DNA of 64,000 bases, from contig CAZIMS010000001.1 of assembly GCA_964540515.1 (NCBI GenBank), forward strand, positions 155,218-219,217, written 5' to 3'. Under the pieces are notes generated by a model that did no database searches, was not told the origin of the DNA, and worked only from the letters and a program-made list of their open reading frames with translations. The position numbers and the translations under genes were made by a program. Within the stretch, counting starts at the first letter, position 1; the number at the start of each line of letters is the position of its first letter. This document shows positions 20,714 to 27,973 of the stretch, piece by piece. Source of the DNA: an uncultured Pseudomonadota bacterium (lineage in GTDB: Bacteria; CALINM01).

Positions 20714-21808
20714 CTAAACACCAATCCCAAAGACCTGTTCATAAAAAGCTTCCAGTCTTGTTTTCATCTGCTGATAATTAGAGAGCCTATGGTCACTTTC
20801 AATATAAAGGTGGGGTATCTTTTCTGCCTCAAGTCTCCTTTTAATAAAAGCATATTCTACCCCTTCGGAGTCACAGAATCTTGTTCTAAAAAATACTACT
20901 CCCTTGGCGTTGCTAGTTCTCACTTCCTTTATAAGCTCTTCTATTCTTCGCTCTGAAGGGTCCTTTACAGAGCAGGGTGGTTTCATTATGTATCTTATAG
21001 CTATATTTTCTATAAGCTCATAAATATTATCTCCCTTTTCCGATACTAGGTCCTTTGCATACCTTGTCCCACTTGCTATATCATCACTGACAACGTAAAA
21101 GCCAATCTCATCTAATAACTTAAAAAAGCTTAAACTATCAAGCTCAGTGGCAGAAAGGATAATATTCCCTTCATTATATCTGCCCTTACTATTAATATTC
21201 AAAGAAATCAAACTTTCGCAATCTTTAATAAAATCATCTATATCTTTCCATGTGGAGGAAAAAACAGTTTTGTAAAAATCTTCTGAGGTGCCCCTCAATT
21301 TTCCTTCTTTTCTGAAATTGTAGAGGTTTTGAAGGGCCTCCCTCTTTTTGTTAACCTTTATTATTGCCCCTTTCAATCCTTCATAGTTATAATCAACCTG
21401 TAGCTGTTCTTTTAATCTATTGAATACCTCCCTAAACTCTATAGCAAGATAATACTTTGCAGTATCTCTTACGACCTGTGAGTATCTTATATACTCGGTA
21501 AGCGGACTTAATTTTTCTGACTTCCATACCTCATAGACACCTCTTAGAGAATCGCAATATCTTGTAAATACGGCGGCTGATAAAAAACTTAGCTTCCCCT
21601 TTAGTGCCTGTTCAAGGATATTTTTGGCATAGGGGCAACAAAAACCTTGCAAAAACTCATTTGCCCTGATGGGCTCTTCTTCATCACTCATTACTCTAAC
21701 AGGATGTAAGCCCATAGCGTAGATAAACTCTTCTGGGAAATAGGTATCAAAATAACCAACTATCTTTTTGTTTGTCGCTAAATTATTCAAATATTCATAA
21801 TATGTCAT
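20714..21808 (-). CDS. 2-hydroxyacyl-CoA dehydratase / benzoyl-CoA reductase BcrC(HgdB)-family subunit
   Basis: 364 aa. N-terminal KKIVGYFDTYFPEEFIYAMGLHPVRVM and CDSLRG / CPYAKN Cys motifs of the HgdB/BcrC family. Confidence 0.65.
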   Translation of the reverse strand: MTYYEYLNNLATNKKIVGYFDTYFPEEFIYAMGLHPVRVMSDEEEPIRANEFLQGFCCPYAKNILEQALKGKLSFLSAAVFTRYCDSLRGVYEVWKSEKLSPLTEYIRYSQVVRDTAKYYLAIEFREVFNRLKEQLQVDYNYEGLKGAIIKVNKKREALQNLYNFRKEGKLRGTSEDFYKTVFSSTWKDIDDFIKDCESLISLNINSKGRYNEGNIILSATELDSLSFFKLLDEIGFYVVSDDIASGTRYAKDLVSEKGDNIYELIENIAIRYIMKPPCSVKDPSERRIEELIKEVRTSNAKGVVFFRTRFCDSEGVEYAFIKRRLEAEKIPHLYIESDHRLSNYQQMKTRLEAFYEQVFGIGV

Positions 21809-21841
21809 CTATTTACCTCTTTCCTTATCTACTTCAAAATC

Positions 21842-22327
21842 CTATTTCTCTACTACAGGCTCAAAGGCAAAATAGACCCTTGGGATCTCAACTGTCTCTC
21901 TACCAAAGTCTGCAGGAAAGGGTTCCACTTCAAAAACTTTAAGTCTAACTTTATCACCTGCCTGTAAATTACCAGGCTTACAATTTATGACTCTAACTAT
22001 AAAAGTAAAGGCCTTTGGCAACTCAACCATAGCAAGGACAAGTGGTGTTTCAAAACCAATGGGAACACCAATCTCCTCAACAACAGCCTCTACAACTGTC
22101 CCTTCAGTCGGTAAATCTACCCATTCTAAATCCTCCGATAAACATTCAGGACATATAACCCTAGGTGGATATGATAGCTTCCCACATTGTTTGCATTTGG
22201 TTGTTGTAAATCTATTCTGTCTCAAGTTATCAAAGAAAGGTTGAATCCTTGTAAACTCTTTACCCTGAGGTGGGTATAGATCCATTGTAACAGCATATTT
22301 TCCTTCTAACCTTGATATACCTCTCAT
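21842..22327 (-). CDS. DUF35 protein: Zn-ribbon plus OB-fold partner of SCP-x thiolases (BbsA-like)
   Basis: 161 aa. CKQCGKLSYPPRVICPECLS rubredoxin-like zinc ribbon followed by an OB-fold. Overlaps the thiolase start by 4 nt. Confidence 0.75.
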   Translation of the reverse strand: MRGISRLEGKYAVTMDLYPPQGKEFTRIQPFFDNLRQNRFTTTKCKQCGKLSYPPRVICPECLSEDLEWVDLPTEGTVVEAVVEEIGVPIGFETPLVLAMVELPKAFTFIVRVINCKPGNLQAGDKVRLKVFEVEPFPADFGRETVEIPRVYFAFEPVVEK

Positions 22328-23493
22328 ATCTCCCTCCCATAAACAAGCACTGTTTGCGCTGCTATCATACCGCTAAAGTTTTGAGTTAAACCAAACTGTG
22401 CGCCTTCTACATTTCTCATAGCCCTTCCTTGCAGCTGTTTCATAATCTCTATGGCTTGTCTAATACCTGTACCGCCAAAGGGATGACCACAGGAAAGGAG
22501 CCCACCATCTGTATTAACCGCAACCTTACCACCAAAATCAGATTGGCCTGTTTCAACAAAGGGGCCGCCTTCTCCCTTCTTACAAAATCCTAACTCTTCA
22601 TATTCAATGATCTCTGAGATAGTAAAACAATCATGTGTTTGCGCTACCTTTATATGGTCTGCTGTTATCCCTGCCTCTTTATATGCCTTTTGTGAGGCAA
22701 TTCTTAAGGCCTCCCAGCTTGTCCAGTCGACCTTATTTGCTGAAGCGTTATATTGTGTACATTGACCTGTCCCCATAATGTAGACAAGTGGCCTATCAGT
22801 TAGCTGCTTCGCTTTCTCTTCCGAGGCTAAAATCACAGCAGCTGTGCCATCAGTCAAAGGACAGCAATCAAATAGTTTCAATGGCTTTGCTACAACCTTT
22901 GCGCACATAGCGGTTTTTAAATCAATACATTCCCTAAACTGCCCTTTTGCATTATTAAGACCGTTTCGTCTATTTTTTACAGAGACCATCGCCATTTGCT
23001 CTTCTGTGGTGCCATATTTTTTCATATGAAGTTTTGCCACCATTGCTAATGCCGCTGGTGGTAATCCTAATCCATGGGCTCCATCAAAATCATGGTCAAC
23101 TGAACACAACTGACTATAAAAGGCTTCCCATTTTTGTGGGGTATTTAACTTCTCTCCCCCAGCAACCATAACTACATCAGCAACCCCCGCCTTGATTAAA
23201 CCATAGGCCATTATAATTGCGCTTGAGCCACTTGCACAAAGTAGCTCAACTCTTGCACAGACACTCCTTGTCTTTATACCTAAAGACTCAGCAACAAGTG
23301 GCGCTAAATGTGTCTGGGTAGCTAATCTTTCAGTGTAGGCTGATGCGACGATAAGCCCATCTACATCTTTATTTTTAACCATTGGGTTGTCTTCAAAACA
23401 GGCTTTACCTGCTTCTTGAAACATCTCTCTTAATGTTGCCTGTCTTACCCCCCACTGAGACATACCTCCTGCAATTATACATACTTTTCTCAT
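22324..23493 (-). CDS. SCP-x/nsLTP-type thiolase (BbsB-like)
   Basis: 389 aa. Thiolase fold with active-site Cys context CASGSSAI, C-terminal GHPFGGTG and no biosynthetic-thiolase signature. Confidence 0.8.
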   Translation of the reverse strand: MRKVCIIAGGMSQWGVRQATLREMFQEAGKACFEDNPMVKNKDVDGLIVASAYTERLATQTHLAPLVAESLGIKTRSVCARVELLCASGSSAIIMAYGLIKAGVADVVMVAGGEKLNTPQKWEAFYSQLCSVDHDFDGAHGLGLPPAALAMVAKLHMKKYGTTEEQMAMVSVKNRRNGLNNAKGQFRECIDLKTAMCAKVVAKPLKLFDCCPLTDGTAAVILASEEKAKQLTDRPLVYIMGTGQCTQYNASANKVDWTSWEALRIASQKAYKEAGITADHIKVAQTHDCFTISEIIEYEELGFCKKGEGGPFVETGQSDFGGKVAVNTDGGLLSCGHPFGGTGIRQAIEIMKQLQGRAMRNVEGAQFGLTQNFSGMIAAQTVLVYGREI

Positions 23494-23536
23494 TTATCCC
23501 CTCCTAACAAATTTCTCTCAGACAAGCTTTTTTCTA

Positions 23537-24484
23537 TCATTTATTTTTCCTCATAGCATTTCTTAATTCTATAGACTTTACAAGCTTTAGCAATGCTAAA
23601 TTGTAAGGCGTTTCAACTCCATATTGTTTACCAAGCTCAACAATGGCACCATTTAAATTATCAATTTCAGTTTTTCTTCCAGCCTCTAAATCCTGCAATG
23701 TTGATACTTTATTGTCCTTAACACCACTTAATGCTTTAAGGGCAAACTCACCAGGGTTATTAAATACATCAAAGGTAAATCCCTTAGCTCTAGCCACCTT
23801 TGCCATCTCTTCAGCTACTGTTTTAATAAAATCTTTAGCATCTTCACAGGCCAATGCTTCATTGCCAGTCATGCCTGTTACAGCTAAAAAGGCATTGCAG
23901 GCAACATTAGCAATAAGTTTTCTCCAAATAGGTATCTCTATGGGTTCTTTGCTAACATCTGTCTTGAAACCATATTTTGTAAGAAAATCTGCAAGTGCGT
24001 TCACATTGGGATCTTCTTTTGCATCAATTCTACCTACATATATATATCCCATACCTCCTACATATCTAATCTCATTTGGACCAAGTAGTTGTGCACTATG
24101 GGCAGTTACCCCACCAATTGTCCTATCGGCACCTACATGTTTAGCTATAATTTCAAGATTACCCAAGCCATTTTGGACAGATAGCAGGTATGTATCTGCT
24201 CCAATCATAGGCTTACTCATCAAAACAGCCGATTCGGTATGAAACCCCTTAACAGATATCTGAATAAAATCACAGATACCTACCTCTTCTGGATTACTCG
24301 TTATCTTTAACTTAACGTTATGTCTTGACCCATCAGGTAATATTATATTTAAACCTTCCTTTTGAATTAGTTCTACTCTTGTTTTATCTACTTCTACAAG
24401 CCATATATTGTCAGCTCCGTTTAATGTCATTACTGCACCAATAGTACCACCTAATGCTCCTGCCCCTACTATTGCATATTTCAT
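23537..24484 (-). CDS. ketopantoate reductase-family (PanE/ApbA) NAD(P)H 2-oxoacid reductase
   Basis: 315 aa. MKYAIVGAGALGGTIGA Rossmann motif plus ApbA C-terminal domain. Confidence 0.7.
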   Translation of the reverse strand: MKYAIVGAGALGGTIGAVMTLNGADNIWLVEVDKTRVELIQKEGLNIILPDGSRHNVKLKITSNPEEVGICDFIQISVKGFHTESAVLMSKPMIGADTYLLSVQNGLGNLEIIAKHVGADRTIGGVTAHSAQLLGPNEIRYVGGMGYIYVGRIDAKEDPNVNALADFLTKYGFKTDVSKEPIEIPIWRKLIANVACNAFLAVTGMTGNEALACEDAKDFIKTVAEEMAKVARAKGFTFDVFNNPGEFALKALSGVKDNKVSTLQDLEAGRKTEIDNLNGAIVELGKQYGVETPYNLALLKLVKSIELRNAMRKNK

Positions 24485-25308
24485 ACTTTTTTCCCTCCCT
24501 TTAATTTAAGTAGTCTCTTAGCATTCTCCCCCAAAATTTTCTTTACACAATCCTCACTTAAATTAAGCTTCTTAATCATATCAATGTTTTTCTTTACATT
24601 GCCGGTGCTTGGAAAATCACTACCAAATATCACCTTATCAGGAATCTTTTCTAATTCGGGAAAATATTTCAGAAGATTCTCAGGTGGAAGTCCAGAAATT
24701 TCAAGATAAATATTTTTATGAAGCTTAGACAAAAAGAAAGCTCTATCGTAAAAAAAACCTCTTCCACCATGAACAAGTAGTATCTTAAGTTCTGGAAAAT
24801 CAACAGCCACATCATCAAGAAAGATAGGGTCACCATATTTAATTCTTGCCCCTTTAAAAACAGAGCTTCCTGTATGCAACATTACGGGGATCTCTAGCTC
24901 CTGTGCAGTCTCGTAAAGGGGATACAAGAAACTTTCGTTAGGGTAAAAGTACTGGTAAGTAGGATAAAGCTTTAGAACTTTAAAACCCATTTTATAAAGT
25001 CTTCTTACTTCTTCCCTCAGATCTCTCACCATATAGGGGTTTATATTCCCACCTGGTATTAACCTTTTATGCTTTCTACAAATATCAATTACCTCTTCAT
25101 TATCAATAATACCTGTTGTTATAGGGCTTATCTCGGCAAGCCCAACAGCATAATCTACTCCCTGAGACTCTAAATACTCATCAATATCACCATTTATGAT
25201 ATCGAGAAAACTCATACCTTCCTTTTCCCATACCTTTTCGCAGAACTGATATATATCTCTATAAAGCTCATTTCTCCTTGCCAAGTGAAAATGAAAGTCT
25301 ATAACCAT
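24481..25308 (-). CDS. amidohydrolase_2 family TIM-barrel metal hydrolase/decarboxylase
   Basis: 275 aa. N-terminal IDFHFHL (the His-x-His metal ligands of amidohydrolase-2) and later LHTGSS / VHGG motifs. Confidence 0.6.
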   Translation of the reverse strand: MVIDFHFHLARRNELYRDIYQFCEKVWEKEGMSFLDIINGDIDEYLESQGVDYAVGLAEISPITTGIIDNEEVIDICRKHKRLIPGGNINPYMVRDLREEVRRLYKMGFKVLKLYPTYQYFYPNESFLYPLYETAQELEIPVMLHTGSSVFKGARIKYGDPIFLDDVAVDFPELKILLVHGGRGFFYDRAFFLSKLHKNIYLEISGLPPENLLKYFPELEKIPDKVIFGSDFPSTGNVKKNIDMIKKLNLSEDCVKKILGENAKRLLKLKGGKKV

Positions 25309-25385
25309 TATCTATCCTGTTTTAAAAATTTAATCTACCTTTGTCAGAGACCTTATTACAAAATCTACCCTGTCTCCAACAATCA

Positions 25386-26513
25386 TTATTTAGGTTTCGG
25401 TATTATCTCTTCCCACATTGCATCATCAGCTAAAGCACCTTTAGCAATCATCTGTCTAAACTTTATAAAATCAACAAGATCTTTCCCAGTGGTCTTTCTC
25501 GTAGAAAAGGCAGTAAAGCCAGGGAAGGCTTCGTAGTTCATGTTCAATCCCAGCCAGTATCTGCTTGGTGTTTTGAAGATATCCCAGAAATATCTCTTTT
25601 TGCTTCTAATACTATCGATGGATTTCATCAAACACTGGGGGAATAGATTTACAAACCGCCAAATAACCTCATCAACAGCTTTATCTAGAAGCTCAAAATC
25701 AGTGGTACACTCATTTAGCAATGCCTTAGCCTTATCTAATTCTTCACCTCTTTTATTCTCACCATAAACAATTTCTCCGTCTTTAACAAATTCTTCTGTT
25801 ATAACAAGTGGGTTTCTAACCCATTTTCCATCCTTTTTTAACACTGGAGTCACCTTTGAAATTAGTCCCTTAAATTTCATCTTATAGGCACTCCAAACTT
25901 CACAGGAAACACAGTTCCACATAGCATCTTCCATGGAAAGATACCAGGGGAGAAAATCTGTTGCGCCCCCATCTGGAGCAGAACCATGTTTTGGACCTGC
26001 CTGACCAAAGACAGCTAAATCTGAGGAGATGCTTATATCACAAGCCATTCCTATCTCCTGGCCACCAGCTACCCTCATACCATTCACCCTGCATATAACA
26101 GGCTTTTTACAATTAAGAATGCCATCTACCATTGCATTGAATAGATCCATGTACTCACCATACTCATTTGGACGCTTTGAGTAATAGAAGGCATACTCAA
26201 CTGTATTTCCACCAGTACAGAAGGCCTTATCCCCAGTACCAGTAAAAACTACAGCTACAACTGACCTGTCAGATGAGGCCTTTTGAAAACCTGCAATAAC
26301 ACCTTTTACCATCTCAGTAGTATAAGAATTATACTGGGCAGGATTATTTAATATTATCCATGCAACGTAAAGGTCTTCAATAACTTTGCCTTCGGGATCC
26401 CTCAGTGGCCTTTTTTCATAAATCGTACAAGGCGCCTCTTTACCAAAATATTCATCACCAAATAAAGCATGATTTTTTAATTCATTGTCTCTGGGAAGCC
26501 AGTCTAAACTCAT
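25386..26513 (-). CDS. oah: 6-oxocyclohex-1-ene-1-carbonyl-CoA hydrolase (ring-cleaving crotonase, BamA/Oah)
   Basis: 375 aa, a crotonase-superfamily protein of BamA size. Contains NPAQYNSYTTEMV and AGGQEIGMACD. These are the peptides encoded by the widely used bamA SP9 and ASP1 functional-marker primers. Confidence 0.75.
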   Translation of the reverse strand: MSLDWLPRDNELKNHALFGDEYFGKEAPCTIYEKRPLRDPEGKVIEDLYVAWIILNNPAQYNSYTTEMVKGVIAGFQKASSDRSVVAVVFTGTGDKAFCTGGNTVEYAFYYSKRPNEYGEYMDLFNAMVDGILNCKKPVICRVNGMRVAGGQEIGMACDISISSDLAVFGQAGPKHGSAPDGGATDFLPWYLSMEDAMWNCVSCEVWSAYKMKFKGLISKVTPVLKKDGKWVRNPLVITEEFVKDGEIVYGENKRGEELDKAKALLNECTTDFELLDKAVDEVIWRFVNLFPQCLMKSIDSIRSKKRYFWDIFKTPSRYWLGLNMNYEAFPGFTAFSTRKTTGKDLVDFIKFRQMIAKGALADDAMWEEIIPKPK

Positions 26514-26884
26514 GTTTCCCCCTCCTTTTATTTTTTGTATTTCTTAAAAATATTAGCTCTGTATTTTTAAACTAAAGTTTTATCATCAATTATACTTACA
26601 ATCTTTCAATTAATAAAAAAAATAATTTAAAAAAATGTTATATTAAATAAAATGTTTTACCTTTCAAGCAACGGTTATGCCAAATTGTTTTTTAATTTAT
26701 TATCAATAATATCAATGCATTAAATAATTTTTTTTATTTACAAACTTTGTTATTTTTTATAACGATAAATAATCACCATATTAAATGGTAAAAAATCACC
26801 AAGCCATTTTTTTAAAATTTAAAGGACCTATCAATTTATTCTCTTTCTATTGTTTTTTATAAGAAAGATTATTATATTTTAAGT
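26514..26884. promoter_or_regulatory. 371-bp AT-rich divergent control region (promoters for the minus-strand catabolic operon and for dnaJ)
   Basis: Longest non-coding stretch in the window, with very low GC. Contains two AATCACCA direct repeats (~26771 and ~26794) and a 15-bp repeat TAAGAAAGATTATTA (26860 and 26890) that reaches into the dnaJ start. Confidence 0.4.
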
Positions 26885-27973
26885 ATGGGTAAGAAAGATT
26901 ATTACAAGATACTGGGCATTTCAAAAGATGCTACTGTAGATGAAATAAAGACAGCATATCGTAAATTAGCAAGAAAGTATCACCCTGACGTAAACCCTGG
27001 AAACAAGGACGCAGAAGAGAAGTTTAAAGATATCAATGAGGCATACGAAGTCCTTTCAGATCCAGAAAAAAGGAAAAACTACGATATGATGGGTGATGCC
27101 TTTTTTAATCCTGCCTCAGAAGGTGGTTTTGGCTATACCTACTCAGGTAGAGATTTTTTTAGTGAGTTTTTTGGCTCCTCTTCCTTTGAGGATATCTTTT
27201 CAGATTTTTTTGGTTTTGGCTCTAAAAAGAAGGATAGGGTCGAAAAGGGCGAAGATATTGAAGCTGAAATTACTTTAACCTTTCAAGAAGCTTACGAAGG
27301 TATTGAGAAAATCTTTGAATTAAAGATTGATAACCCTTGCCATAAATGCAAAGGTTCAGGAATTGATGATAAAGAGGCAACTTTATGTTCAAACTGTAAT
27401 GGTAGAGGGATTAAATCAGAAAGAAAAGGAAATATTACCATTCAAAAGCCCTGTGAGAAATGTAAGGGACTCCGATATTCAAAAATTAAGACCTGTAATA
27501 ACTGCAATGGTGCTGGTCTAATTTATAACACAGAAAAATTAAAGATTAAGATTCCTCCTGGTGTTGATAATGGCTATAGAATGCGACTTCGCGGAAAAGG
27601 GAAGGCATCATCTTCGGGGATTAGAGGAGATTTATACATAACTATAAATGTATTGCCACATCCATTTTTTACACGAGAAGGTCTCGATCTTTATCTTAAG
27701 CTACCTATTTCTATTACTGAAGCCACCTTAGGTGCCAAGATTGATATACCAACACCAGAGGGCAAGAAGATTTATCTTACCGTCCCTCCCTTAATATCAA
27801 ATAATCAAAAACTGAGAGTTGCAGGAAAGGGGATGAAAGATGCTTCAGGAAGAGTTGGAGACCTATATTGTCAGATCTCCATAGAGATACCTGATAAATT
27901 GTCTAAAGAGGCAAAAGAACTCATTGAAAATCTTAATAAATATATCAAACCACCTAAGAGACCTTGGCAATAG
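26885..27973 (+). CDS. dnaJ: molecular chaperone DnaJ
   Basis: J-domain with HPD (YHPDVNP). G/F-rich linker. Four CxxCxGxG zinc-finger repeats ([30 protein letters not shown]). Confidence 0.9.
   Translation: MGKKDYYKILGISKDATVDEIKTAYRKLARKYHPDVNPGNKDAEEKFKDINEAYEVLSDPEKRKNYDMMGDAFFNPASEGGFGYTYSGRDFFSEFFGSSSFEDIFSDFFGFGSKKKDRVEKGEDIEAEITLTFQEAYEGIEKIFELKIDNPCHKCKGSGIDDKEATLCSNCNGRGIKSERKGNITIQKPCEKCKGLRYSKIKTCNNCNGAGLIYNTEKLKIKIPPGVDNGYRMRLRGKGKASSSGIRGDLYITINVLPHPFFTREGLDLYLKLPISITEATLGAKIDIPTPEGKKIYLTVPPLISNNQKLRVAGKGMKDASGRVGDLYCQISIEIPDKLSKEAKELIENLNKYIKPPKRPWQ

Noticed and set aside
19462-21808. Calling the HgdAB/BcrBC-like pair a complete benzoyl-CoA reductase
   Set aside because: Class I reductases need two extra ATPase subunits (BcrA/BcrD). 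Every ORF of the operon is otherwise assigned. The pair is reported as an orphan catalytic core instead.
23643-24242. 199-aa antisense ORF inside the PanE-like gene
   Set aside because: Its composition is biased to Ala/Ser/Leu/Pro, typical of the reverse strand of a coding region. The opposite strand has a clear Rossmann/ApbA product.
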